Made by a program: the position numbers and the translations under genes
Part shown: positions 49,555-59,366 of the stretch, one piece after another
Layout of the letters: every line of letters begins with the position of its first letter
Numbering within the stretch: position 1 is the stretch's first letter
Assembly: GCA_964384105.1 (NCBI GenBank)
Contig: CAYLJV010000002.1
Span: forward strand, 160,001-224,000
Source: Candidatus Hadarchaeota archaeon
Lineage (GTDB): Archaea > Hadarchaeota > Hadarchaeia > Hadarchaeales > JAGGTB01
Direction of reading: 5' to 3'
Length of the DNA: 64,000 nucleotides
The notes under the pieces: model-generated
Told to the model about the DNA's origin: nothing
The model's input: the letters and a program-made list of their open reading frames with translations, nothing else
The model's database searches: none

Positions 49555-49762
49555 TTTCTCACCTCCTTTATCAACTGCTTTGATTTAATTATTAATATTT
49601 AAGGGTTTAAACATTACGATTATCGCCTTATCAATTTAAAACACTATTTAGGGCTATATTAATTAAACAAAAAGAATAACCCCTTTTCCCGATTCCTTTC
49701 CAAAAAAGCTCTTATAAAAGGGGGATAATCAAAAAGAAAACCAGTATAAAAACTATTTTTTC

Positions 49763-50479
49763 CTATTCGCCGAAATAGGTCTGTTCAACGTATTCAGACT
49801 CCCCTAGTTCATCCGCCGAAATGGACTCTGACAATTCACCCATATCAAGTAAATGAACAGTGTCAGCGACTTTCATAACGAAATCGATATTCTGCTCTGT
49901 AGTGATCATAGAGATACCCTTATCATTTAGCTCGTTTAGTTTACTAATTACATCTTCAACTATACCAACGGCTAATCCCATTGCAGGTTCATCAACTAAC
50001 AGCAAATCTGGGTTTTTCATTAAAGCCATCCCGATAGTGAGCATCTTTCTTTCTCCACCACTCAAGCTCTGAACTTCTTGCTTTTCTCTCTCATCTAATC
50101 TCGGGAAAAGACCAAGGACCTCATCCAATCTCTCTTGTCGAGCATCCTCATCCAAAGTTATACTACTCAACAATAGGTTCTCTGCCACGTTCATCGTTGG
50201 AAAGAAAGAACCTCTTTCTGAAGCGAGAGCTATTTTCCTATGAGCTATTTCATGAGCAGCCAACGGAGCTATATTCTCCCCTTGAAATATTACCTCTCCT
50301 TCTACACCTTTCAATCCCATTATCCCGTTCATCAAGGTAGTTTTACCAGACCCATTAGGTCCAAGAAGAGCTACTGATTCACCCTTCTCTATCTCCATAC
50401 TAATGTCCTTTATAACTCGAATTCTTCCATAAGAAATATTAACATTGTTTAATCTGAAAAAATCATTAGCCATTTTCAT
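49763..50479 (-). CDS. LIV-type ABC ATPase (LivF-like)
   Basis: GPNGSGKTT, FPRLDER, LSGGERKML, DEPAMGLA. Confidence 0.92.
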   Translation of the reverse strand: MKMANDFFRLNNVNISYGRIRVIKDISMEIEKGESVALLGPNGSGKTTLMNGIMGLKGVEGEVIFQGENIAPLAAHEIAHRKIALASERGSFFPTMNVAENLLLSSITLDEDARQERLDEVLGLFPRLDEREKQEVQSLSGGERKMLTIGMALMKNPDLLLVDEPAMGLAVGIVEDVISKLNELNDKGISMITTEQNIDFVMKVADTVHLLDMGELSESISADELGESEYVEQTYFGE

Positions 50480-51189
50480 CCACCTCTCATATAGACATCC
50501 TTTACATGCTCATCAGAAGTTACTTCTTCATATGATCCTTCAGCTATCTTAGCTCCTCGATGCATTACAGCAACTCTTTCTACAACTTTCTTTAGAGCCT
50601 TAAGATTATGATCAATAATCAGAAATGTTGCTCCCTTCTCATTGTAGTCCATAACCATTTTTTGAAGTTCTGCAGTTTCGTCCGGGTTGAGACCCGCGAA
50701 TATCTCATCCAACAAAATGAAATCTGGACCGGAAGCAAGTTTTTGTGCAAATTCTATCTTTCTAACATCCAATAAAGGCAGATCCCTTGGAGAAGTACCC
50801 AGTATCTTTTCCTCTAGACCTTCCTCTTCCACAACTTCAGGTATATCTCTCTCACTACCCCCAAATATTTGGTTCCTCCAACGAGCAACTTGTATATTTT
50901 GTAAACCGCTTAATTCATTGAATAGCCAAGGCGATTGAAAAACCCTAACAATACCTTTCCTTACTCTCTTCCATACAGGCTCACCGGTTATATCTTCTCC
51001 TTTAAAAATAACTTTACCACTAGTAGGATCAAGATTACCGGTAATAAGATTAAACAAGGTTGTTTTACCAGCACCATTTGGACCGATTATACCCACCAGC
51101 TCACCCTCATTTACATCCAGGGTGAAACCATCAACAGCCTTAAGCTCCCCAAAATGTTTGCTGAGCTCTTTCAACTCCAGTATAGGCAT
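50476..51189 (-). CDS. LIV-type ABC ATPase (LivG-like)
   Basis: FGELKAV, GPNGAGKTTLFN, LLDEIFAGLN, KIAEG. Confidence 0.92.
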   Translation of the reverse strand: MPILELKELSKHFGELKAVDGFTLDVNEGELVGIIGPNGAGKTTLFNLITGNLDPTSGKVIFKGEDITGEPVWKRVRKGIVRVFQSPWLFNELSGLQNIQVARWRNQIFGGSERDIPEVVEEEGLEEKILGTSPRDLPLLDVRKIEFAQKLASGPDFILLDEIFAGLNPDETAELQKMVMDYNEKGATFLIIDHNLKALKKVVERVAVMHRGAKIAEGSYEEVTSDEHVKDVYMRGG

Positions 51190-51349
51190 GTTATTCCTCT
51201 TAAGTTCCGAATTTTACATAACCAATTTAACTGCTTGACATTTAAATATTTGGCCCTAGACCAGTTCGGCATACTGATTATTGAAAAAAATTAATCAAGC
51301 TCTGAAATCAGATTAAATAGTAACTAGAAAATTAAAACTGACCTAGTTA

Positions 51350-52741
51350 TTGGTTGATGAAATGGACATAAAAGTGAAAAATAAAAAAGAAATACTCTCA
51401 ACAGGAAATATTTCAACCAAAAGAAAAGTTATTGATATTTTGGAGTACGCAATAAGTCAATCAATTCCTAGCAAAAAGCTGAAAGAAAATATAGCAGTCA
51501 GTAACAAAAAACTGAAAATTTTTGGCATTAATCTAAACCGAAAGGACTTTGAAGATATAGTTGTTGTTGGAGCAGGTAAGGCTTCCTACGAAATGGCAAA
51601 AGAAGTTGAATCTATTCTCTTAGATGAAATCAGAGAAGGGCTAGTCATCACTAAATATGGGTATAAGGAATGGGATCTCAAAAAAATAGACATATTAGAG
51701 GCTGGCCATCCAGTTCCAGACAAAAACAGTGAAAAGGGTGCTAGAAAGATTCTAAACCTAATTTCGGAAGCTAAAGAAAACGATTTAATTATAAATCTTA
51801 TTTCCGGCGGGGGTTCCTCTTTACTTTGTGCACCCTCTGGAGATATAACTCTCGAGAACATGAAGAAGACAACTGAACTATTAGTATCAAGTAATGCAAC
51901 AATAGATGAGATAAATTCTGTTAGAAAAAATATTTCTGAAATAAAAGGCGGAAAATTGGCAATCCGATCATATCCTAGAACTTGTATCTCTTTGATAGTA
52001 TCTGATGTAGTGGGAGACAACCTGGAGACTATATCCTCCGGGCCCACAGTATACGACTCCTCCAAACCATCCGATGCAGTAAATGTGCTAAAGGACCATT
52101 ATCTATTGGAAAAAATACCTAAAACAGTGAGAAATTACTTGTCAAAAAAAGCTGGATCAGATCAAAGGGAGTTAAAAAAATATTTTGATAACGGGAAAAT
52201 CCATAATATTATAGTAGTATCAAATGACGTGGCCACCGAAGCGGCAAAAGAGAGAGGAGAAGAACTTGGATTAAATTCTCTAATACTATCCAGAATGATC
52301 GAAGGTGAGAGTAAAGAAGCGGGTATATTCACTGGAGGAATATTAAGAGACATATTAAGAACCGAGACCCCTATAGAAAAACCCTGTTTGTTAATTTCAG
52401 GAGGAGAAACAACAGTGACCCTATCTGGAAAGAAAGGTGAAGGTGGCCCAAACCAAGAATTTGCTCTTGGTTCGGCATCGAAAATAGATGGCATAAAAGG
52501 GGTCGCTGTGGCAGCAGTAGACACAGACGGAACAGACGGTCCCACGGACATTGCTGGAGGAATTGTGGATGGAAATACATATAATCAAATTAAAAAATTG
52601 GGTCTAAATTTCAAAAAAGAACTTGAAAATCACAACTCAAAAAAACTCTTAAAGAAAGCAAATGGTACTATTATATTAGGTCCTACTGGAACGAACGTGA
52701 ATGATCTAAGACTTGCAATTGTCGACGACACAAAAAGATAA
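51350..52741 (+). CDS. glycerate 2-kinase (MOFRL family)
   Basis: GAGKAS, AGHPVPD, ISGGGSSL, KGGKLA, SGGETTV, GGPNQE, DTDGTDG, GPTGTNVND. Confidence 0.93.
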   Translation: MVDEMDIKVKNKKEILSTGNISTKRKVIDILEYAISQSIPSKKLKENIAVSNKKLKIFGINLNRKDFEDIVVVGAGKASYEMAKEVESILLDEIREGLVITKYGYKEWDLKKIDILEAGHPVPDKNSEKGARKILNLISEAKENDLIINLISGGGSSLLCAPSGDITLENMKKTTELLVSSNATIDEINSVRKNISEIKGGKLAIRSYPRTCISLIVSDVVGDNLETISSGPTVYDSSKPSDAVNVLKDHYLLEKIPKTVRNYLSKKAGSDQRELKKYFDNGKIHNIIVVSNDVATEAAKERGEELGLNSLILSRMIEGESKEAGIFTGGILRDILRTETPIEKPCLLISGGETTVTLSGKKGEGGPNQEFALGSASKIDGIKGVAVAAVDTDGTDGPTDIAGGIVDGNTYNQIKKLGLNFKKELENHNSKKLLKKANGTIILGPTGTNVNDLRLAIVDDTKR

Positions 52742-52834
52742 AGTTTTTAAAAATCTAGAGAATTCTAGCAGCCAAAAGCCGTTTGTGATAAAAACTCCAA
52801 AATAAGTTTAAGGATTCAAAAAGTGTCGCTAAAC

Positions 52835-53818
52835 CTACATCCCGCGTATTTCTGTTTCTTTCTCTACCTTTTTCTTTTTACCGAAGACTTTCATTAAGCC
52901 AGACCTTATCGAAGGCCCTATGCCATTGGGCAAAATGTAGATAAAGGCTAGCGCAACTATTCCAAATATCACAAATCTGACAGCACCTAGGTGGTAAGGC
53001 CGCATAATCCAAAGAATCAATTGGATCAGATAAGCACCAATAACTCCACCCCAAAGAGTTCCGAAACCTCCAACTATAGTCATGATTATTACAAGCAGGA
53101 TAGGTTGCAAACTGAAGAATGTACTCGGAGCGATAGCTCCCATGTAATGCCCCATTATAACTCCACCGAGACTTGCAGCTAGAGAGGCCCACATAAACAT
53201 GTAGAGCTTGAACTTAGTAGGTGAGATACCAACATTGGCAAGTAAATCTTCACTTTCCCTGATGGAGATATAGACTTCTCTCAGCCTAACCCTAAACTCA
53301 TACCACATTATTATTCCGACTACTCCAAGAGCAATTAACGACAGATAGAAATGAGGAATCACACCATTGACTATCTTTGGAACACCCCAAATACCGAGAG
53401 TACCTCCAGTGTAATCTCTGAAGTAAATTATCAATCTATCAACTATGAATAAAACCAACAACGTGGCTAACGTGAAATATAATCCCTTAATTCTAAGGGA
53501 TGGAAGGAAGAAAGCTACACTAGCAGCAATTCCTACTATTACGCCCAAAATAACAGCTGGATATATCGAGAAACCAGCGTGAATTATTAACATGAATGAA
53601 ACGTAAGCGGGAAGACCAAACATTACACCATGCCCAAAGCTAATGTATCCTGTGATGCCACCAACAGCATCCCAACTGATTGCCCACAGAGAATAGATAT
53701 TTGCAAATATGAACACATCTATTAGATCATTAGGCATAAATGGAGCCAAAATCGCAGGAATAGCTAAGACGATTACCCAAGGCGCAAATCTCTTGAATGA
53801 AGCCCTTCCTATTTTCAT
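52835..53818 (-). CDS. LIV-type ABC permease (LivM-like)
   Basis: GITGYISFGH, LRIKGLYF, TGGTLG, VGGFGTLWG, LPNGI. Confidence 0.9.
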   Translation of the reverse strand: MKIGRASFKRFAPWVIVLAIPAILAPFMPNDLIDVFIFANIYSLWAISWDAVGGITGYISFGHGVMFGLPAYVSFMLIIHAGFSIYPAVILGVIVGIAASVAFFLPSLRIKGLYFTLATLLVLFIVDRLIIYFRDYTGGTLGIWGVPKIVNGVIPHFYLSLIALGVVGIIMWYEFRVRLREVYISIRESEDLLANVGISPTKFKLYMFMWASLAASLGGVIMGHYMGAIAPSTFFSLQPILLVIIMTIVGGFGTLWGGVIGAYLIQLILWIMRPYHLGAVRFVIFGIVALAFIYILPNGIGPSIRSGLMKVFGKKKKVEKETEIRGM

Positions 53819-54675
53819 TACATCCTACCTCCAAAGAGGCCTTGTGGCCTTAGACTGACAAGTATTAAAAGTATTATGAATGCGAATACACCCCTCAATC
53901 TAGGCTCTATCCAGACCATCGTAATAGTCTCAATATAGGCAATCATGAGAGCTGCAACAATACCACCTTTTATGCTACCGATACCCCCCGCTACAGAAGC
54001 AGAGAAAGCGATCACCACAAGTGGGAACCATATAGTAGACCTAAGGAATGTAAACTCACCATACATCACTCCACCTATAGCAGCTAGTAGACCAGCTATG
54101 ACCCATACCAGTATAACCATCCTTTCAGTATTGACTCCCCAAAGCTCGGCCGCTTGACGATTCAGTGCAGTAGCCCTAATGGATTTTCCCGTAGTAGTAT
54201 TATTGATGAAAAATAGTGTAACAAACGTAAATAAAATCGCCAAACCGATTATTGCCATATGGTTAGCCGATATAGAAAACCCAGCGAGATTTATACTACC
54301 CGGTATGAAACTAGGGAAGCCATATCCTCCTGTAGAAGGATAGACAGACTCCATAAGCTTCTGAAACATGAATCCCATCAATAAAGTAACAATCCATATC
54401 AAAGAGTGACCCGCAGGCCACTTCCTAATAGAAAAGTAAATCCCCCCACTAGCAGCAGCACCTATGATAGCTGCCAAACCTATACAAATTGGAATGGGGA
54501 CACCTGCAAGCCAAGTGAAAAGAAAAGTATAACCCCCAACAAGAGCCGTAGATCCATGAAATAGATTCTCATATCCCCCTACACTGAAAATCAATACAAA
54601 ACCTATAGCGACCAGTACGTAAATTCCACCCAGCGCACTTCCACGGATCAGGAAACTCAATACTTGATCTATCAT
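53818..54675 (-). CDS. LIV-type ABC permease (LivH-like)
   Basis: YVLVAIGFVLIF, NLFHG, GKSIRA, AELWGVN, GGIGSIKG, RPQGLFG. Confidence 0.9.
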   Translation of the reverse strand: MIDQVLSFLIRGSALGGIYVLVAIGFVLIFSVGGYENLFHGSTALVGGYTFLFTWLAGVPIPICIGLAAIIGAAASGGIYFSIRKWPAGHSLIWIVTLLMGFMFQKLMESVYPSTGGYGFPSFIPGSINLAGFSISANHMAIIGLAILFTFVTLFFINNTTTGKSIRATALNRQAAELWGVNTERMVILVWVIAGLLAAIGGVMYGEFTFLRSTIWFPLVVIAFSASVAGGIGSIKGGIVAALMIAYIETITMVWIEPRLRGVFAFIILLILVSLRPQGLFGGRM

Positions 54676-54838
54676 GGTAACGTTACCAAATTCTCAGGTT
54701 GATATAAAAATGTAACGCCAACTTGATGAGAGTACATCAATCCCTTCATAGCGCTCTCCTGCTTCTAGTTATAGTAAATAACGATTAAACTATTAAACTT
54801 TAAAGATTAAAACAAATCCTCAATGGAAAAGGAGCATC

Positions 54839-55111
54839 TCATCCTTCAGATATAGATATCTCATCCTTATCCTTCAACCTAGTATGGATACCTTTTATAT
54901 TTCTAATAGATCTGCCATTCAAATCTATTTCAAAATCTTTGCTTAAATCACCCGTTCTAGGGTCCAAGATAGATTCAACGAGATCAGGGTTCCTTCTCCC
55001 AAGTTTTATCAATAAAACATCTATCGTCTCGCCTTCTTCTATCGGAAGAGTAATATCATTAGAGCCTACTCTTTCCTTCAGAGCTCCGCCAAAAGAAATT
55101 CTAACCTTCAT
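54839..55111 (-). CDS. MoaD/ThiS ubiquitin-like protein lacking C-terminal GG
   Basis: beta-grasp pattern MKVRISFGGALKE...LNGRSI...T.LKDKDEISI; ends SEG. Confidence 0.8.
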   Translation of the reverse strand: MKVRISFGGALKERVGSNDITLPIEEGETIDVLLIKLGRRNPDLVESILDPRTGDLSKDFEIDLNGRSIRNIKGIHTRLKDKDEISISEG

Positions 55112-55362
55112 CTTAATACAACTGCCCAAAACATCTTTATTGATGAGCTAAATCCTCTCTAGATTCTCAATACTTTATCACTATTAAAATCTGACAGATA
55201 AAATAAAACAAAAATTTCTTCAGTTCGAAAATAAGATAAAAAATCGAAAGAAAATCTTATTAAAAATTAAAAACGCTCACTGACAAGAATAGTTCAAATA
55301 AGGATTTGAATTCATCTACCATAACTTTTTTATTTTCACGTTCCCACCCGCAAATGATACAT

Positions 55363-56493
55363 ATGAAGATAGGAATACCAAAGGAAATTAAAGAAGCAGA
55401 AAACCGAGTTGGAGCTACGCCGGCCAATGTTAAAGCACTGGTCAGCGAAGGTCACGAAGTTGTTGTTGAAACTGATGCAGGACAAGGTATTGGTGCAAGT
55501 GACGATGATTACAAGGAAGCAGGTGCAGAAATAGTAGATAATGCAGAGGACGTATGGGCCGCCGATATGGTCGTAAAAGTTAAAGAGCCCATAAAACCGG
55601 AATATAAGTATTTCCGGGAAGATCTAATGCTTTACACCTACCTACATCTTGCCAATCCAGAGCTAGAAGAACTAACAACCGAACTTAGAGACAATGGAGT
55701 AAAAGCAATTGCTTACGAAACCGTTGAAGAACCTGATGGTACACTACCTCTTTTGGAACCCATGAGTGAAATAGCTGGTAAGCTAGGAACTCAAGTTGGT
55801 GCCCAGTTCCTTCAAAAGCACGAAGGGGGAAGAGGAATTCTAATGGGTGGTGCCCTCGGTACCGACACTGCCACCGTGGTTGTACTCGGAGCAGGTACAG
55901 TCGGTAGAGGTGCCGCTAAGGTCGCTCTCGGTATGGGAGCAGACACTATTGTACTAAACAGGAGTCTTTGGAGACTCGGAGAATTCGTTGACTCCGTAGG
56001 ACTTGGCTATCCAGGAAAGTTAACGGCACTGAAATTAAACCAGCACAACTTAGAAAAATCTTTGAAGAAAGCAGACGTAGCCGTTGGAGCTATACTTGTT
56101 CCCGGAACAACAGCCCCAACAGTAGTAAACAGAGATCTCGTGAAAAAGATGAAAGACAACAGTGTGATTGTCGACGTAAGTATAGACCAAGGAGGTATCT
56201 TCGAGACTTCAAGAGGTACAACTCACGAGGACCCGACTTACGTAGAAGAAGGAGTGGTTCACTACTGTGTAACTAACATGCCAGGAGCTGTGCCACGTAC
56301 CTCAACGATAGCTCTTACCAACTCTACTATGCCCTATGCGATAGATTTGGCCAACAAAGGTTTCGAGAACGCAGTCAACGAAGACCCAGTGCTAGCTAAA
56401 GGAGTGAACGTCTACAAAGGCAAAATAACCTATGAACCTGTGGCAAAAGCACACGGGCTAAAATACACACCTCTAGAAAAAGCAATGGCATAA
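55363..56493 (+). CDS. ald: alanine dehydrogenase (bacterial AlaDH/PNT type)
   Basis: MKIGIPKEIK..ENRV, KVKEP, TYLHLA, PLLEPMSEIAG, IDQGG, HYCVTNMPGAVPRTST. Confidence 0.95.
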   Translation: MKIGIPKEIKEAENRVGATPANVKALVSEGHEVVVETDAGQGIGASDDDYKEAGAEIVDNAEDVWAADMVVKVKEPIKPEYKYFREDLMLYTYLHLANPELEELTTELRDNGVKAIAYETVEEPDGTLPLLEPMSEIAGKLGTQVGAQFLQKHEGGRGILMGGALGTDTATVVVLGAGTVGRGAAKVALGMGADTIVLNRSLWRLGEFVDSVGLGYPGKLTALKLNQHNLEKSLKKADVAVGAILVPGTTAPTVVNRDLVKKMKDNSVIVDVSIDQGGIFETSRGTTHEDPTYVEEGVVHYCVTNMPGAVPRTSTIALTNSTMPYAIDLANKGFENAVNEDPVLAKGVNVYKGKITYEPVAKAHGLKYTPLEKAMA

Positions 56494-56675
56494 ACTCGGA
56501 CAAATGGTTAAAGCTTCATTTCCTTCTTTTAATTTTTTTATTTAACTCAAATGAAATTATTTATGAATTTAAGAAAAATAATAGTATTCAACCGGTTTAT
56601 TTAGATATTAATCCAAAAATAAAATATCGAAAACCAAAGATATTTATTTTCAATTGAGTTATTTCCAAACAACTG

Positions 56676-56697
56676 AGTAGAACAAGGAGGTGAAAAT
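56676..56697 (+). promoter_or_regulatory. shared leader element B (identical copy at 61248-61269, minus strand)
   Basis: AGTAGAACAAGGAGGTGAAAAT before both aminotransferase and AOR. Confidence 0.7.
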
Positions 56698-56700
56698 AAA

Positions 56701-58068
56701 ATGTATGGAGACAAATTATCAACTGATGAGATCGCCAAGCTAGATGAGAAATACACTATAAGAGGTTGGGGAACTGCCGGACCCCTCATAGTGGATCACG
56801 GAAAAGGAGCTAAGTTCTGGGACACCGATGGTAACGAGTATATAGATTTTCTTTCTCAGACTGCCGGAGTTATGGGACTCGGTCACTGCAACGAAGAGGT
56901 TATCGAAGCCACTGAGTTCTGGCTTGAGAAGATGCAGCACACTCTTACCGCCTTGGGAAATGCACCCCGAGCCGTATTAGCTGAAAAACTAGCTGAAGTA
57001 GCTCCTGGTGGAATGAAAGATAATATCTTAAGTTACTTCGCCTGTGGAGGTACAGAAGCTGTAGAAGGTGCCATCAAGGCCGCTATGAACATAACAGAAA
57101 GAACAGAAGTCATATCAACTTATCACGCATACCATGGAGGCAGTGTGGCCAATATCTCCCTTATAGGTCAATCTTGGATGAGAAACTGGAAGCAAGCATA
57201 TCCAGCAATGCCTGGATACAAGCAGGTTCCAAGACCTTACGCTTACAGGACACCTGAAGGTGTAGATCCAGAGGACTGGGAAGATATTCTAGTTGAACTC
57301 TTCGAGGAGCAAATAACTTATGGTGCTGCTCAAGACAACGTAGCTGCCTTTATTGCCGAGCCATTCCCAGGAAATGGTGGACATCTAACCCCTGTAGAAA
57401 AGGACGTCTTCGAATACAATGACGCCTGGTTCAAAGGAGTCAAAGATGTATGTGAGGACAATGGAATTATGTTCATCGCAGACGAAGTCCAGAACGGTTT
57501 CGGTAGAACAGGTAAGATGTTTGGTATTGAGCATTTCGATGTTACTCCTGATATAATGGTAACCGCAAAAGCTATTGGCAGTGGTATACCACTAAGTGCC
57601 TTTAGTATAAACAAGGATTCAGTCAGCGAAGAATTCGAGAAAGAGGTCCAAGAATCACAATGGCATATATTCACATTTGGTGGTGCAGCAATGCTCTGTG
57701 CCGCAGGATGTGCTACTATCGATTACATCCAAGACAACAACCTAATAGAAAAAGCCAACAAGAACGGAAAATTCGCCAGAAAGATTCTAGAGGACATGAA
57801 AGAAGACCACGAAATAATTGGTGACGTTAGAGGCCCAGCTTACTTCCAAGGTATAGAACTCGTTAAGGATCGAGATACCAAGGAAAAGGCCGGAGAAGAA
57901 GCAGCTCAAGTATTCGCAGGATGTCTGGAAGATGGCCTCCTAGTAGGTGTAAGCGAAGTTGGTGGAATTGGAAACTTCGTCAAGTTCAAGCCACCACTTG
58001 TCATCACGAAAGACGAAATAGAAGAAGGAATGAACATCCTCGAAGACAACATAAAGAAGGTCGAATAG
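56701..58068 (+). CDS. class III (omega-type) PLP aminotransferase
   Basis: WDTDGNEYIDF, GGTEAVE, AYHG, FIAEP, IADEVQNGFGRTG, DIMVTAKAIGSG, PPLVI. Confidence 0.93.
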   Translation: MYGDKLSTDEIAKLDEKYTIRGWGTAGPLIVDHGKGAKFWDTDGNEYIDFLSQTAGVMGLGHCNEEVIEATEFWLEKMQHTLTALGNAPRAVLAEKLAEVAPGGMKDNILSYFACGGTEAVEGAIKAAMNITERTEVISTYHAYHGGSVANISLIGQSWMRNWKQAYPAMPGYKQVPRPYAYRTPEGVDPEDWEDILVELFEEQITYGAAQDNVAAFIAEPFPGNGGHLTPVEKDVFEYNDAWFKGVKDVCEDNGIMFIADEVQNGFGRTGKMFGIEHFDVTPDIMVTAKAIGSGIPLSAFSINKDSVSEEFEKEVQESQWHIFTFGGAAMLCAAGCATIDYIQDNNLIEKANKNGKFARKILEDMKEDHEIIGDVRGPAYFQGIELVKDRDTKEKAGEEAAQVFAGCLEDGLLVGVSEVGGIGNFVKFKPPLVITKDEIEEGMNILEDNIKKVE

Positions 58069-58077
58069 AACCGATAC

Positions 58078-58110
58078 CTTCTTTCTTTATTTTTATTTTT
58101 CTTAATTTTT
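58078..58110 (+). terminator. archaeal oligo-T terminator
   Basis: CTTCTTTCTTTATTTTTATTTTTCTTAATTTTT just after stop. Confidence 0.5.
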
Positions 58111-58243
58111 GTAATGTAAATAGAATTTATCCGATGCTTTAACTTTCGAACGGAATTTTCTACCTAAAAATATTGGCAATGAAATAAAACCTCTTTAGAA
58201 AAGCTTTTAAACAAAATTTATTGAACTTACCACTGGTGTAAAA

Positions 58244-59218
58244 ATGGCTAAAATAGCCTTTACCGAATATCCAGAAGTATACGAAGATTGGATGAAGGAA
58301 AATCTAGAATCTCACGAGTTGCTCTTTTACGATAAAGTTATGGATTCCGAAGAGTTAGTCAAAGAATTCAAAGACAAAGATATCGAGATATTAAGCACGT
58401 TCATATACACAAGGGTAGACAAAAAAGCCATAGACGAACTGGATAGTCTAAAATTAGTAACAACAAGAGCAACAGGATTTGACAATATAGATGTGGAGTA
58501 TGCAACCGAAAAAGGAGTAGCTGTAGCAAATGTTCCAGGATACGGAGCTTATCCAGTTGCAGAACATGCATTTGGACTAATGTTAGCTATAGCAAGAAAA
58601 ATACCTACGGCAGACAAATTCGTAAAGGAAAATCAAAAATTCGACTACCGACCGTTCAGAGGTGCAGAACTCTTCGGCAAAACAATAGGAATAATCGGAA
58701 CCGGTAATATTGGTCTGCATATGATAAAGATGGCACGGGGTGCGGGAATGAAGGTTCTCGCTTACGATGTCATAAAAAGAAATGAAGCTTCCTACGATAT
58801 AGGATTTGAGTACACGGAACTAGACGATCTCTTGGAAAAAAGTGACTTCGTATCTCTACATGTGCCACTACTCGATGCAACCCGTCACATGATCGATGCA
58901 GACAGCTTCAAGAAAATGAAAGATGATGCATTTCTGATAAACTCCGCCCGGGGTGGAATTGTAGACACTGCCGCTATGATAAATGCCCTCAAAAACGGAG
59001 AGATAGCAGGCGCAGCAATAGACGCAGTAGAAGATATGGGCGATCTCAAAAACGGTCTAACCGAGTTAGAAAATATAGTAATAACTCCCCACATAGCCTT
59101 CCATACCAAAGAAGCAGATATCCGGAGAATGGAGACCACTGTTGAAAATATTAACTCGATGCTGGAAGAAGGAAAGCCGGAAAATCAGATACTACCAGAG
59201 AAAATACCAGGGAAATAG
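58244..59218 (+). CDS. D-2-hydroxyacid dehydrogenase (hydroxypyruvate/glycerate or D-lactate type)
   Basis: RATGFDNID, VAEHA, GIIGTGNIG, SLHVPL, INSARG, TPHIA. Confidence 0.92.
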   Translation: MAKIAFTEYPEVYEDWMKENLESHELLFYDKVMDSEELVKEFKDKDIEILSTFIYTRVDKKAIDELDSLKLVTTRATGFDNIDVEYATEKGVAVANVPGYGAYPVAEHAFGLMLAIARKIPTADKFVKENQKFDYRPFRGAELFGKTIGIIGTGNIGLHMIKMARGAGMKVLAYDVIKRNEASYDIGFEYTELDDLLEKSDFVSLHVPLLDATRHMIDADSFKKMKDDAFLINSARGGIVDTAAMINALKNGEIAGAAIDAVEDMGDLKNGLTELENIVITPHIAFHTKEADIRRMETTVENINSMLEEGKPENQILPEKIPGK

Positions 59219-59366
59219 TCTTTGTATATCTTCTCCCTCTACTTTTTTTATTTTTTACAAAAGAAATTTCTATTAATTTCCTAAATAAAATTGGAAGATA
59301 AAAATAAAAAAATAAGAAAAATTTGAATTGGAAATCCAACTGTAACTATCAGATTCAACCAAATGT

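Noticed and set aside
54800-54841. Selenocysteine read-through of the MoaD TGA
   Set aside because: Read-through gives DAPFPLRICFNL-stop with no GG; no SECIS-like element recognised.
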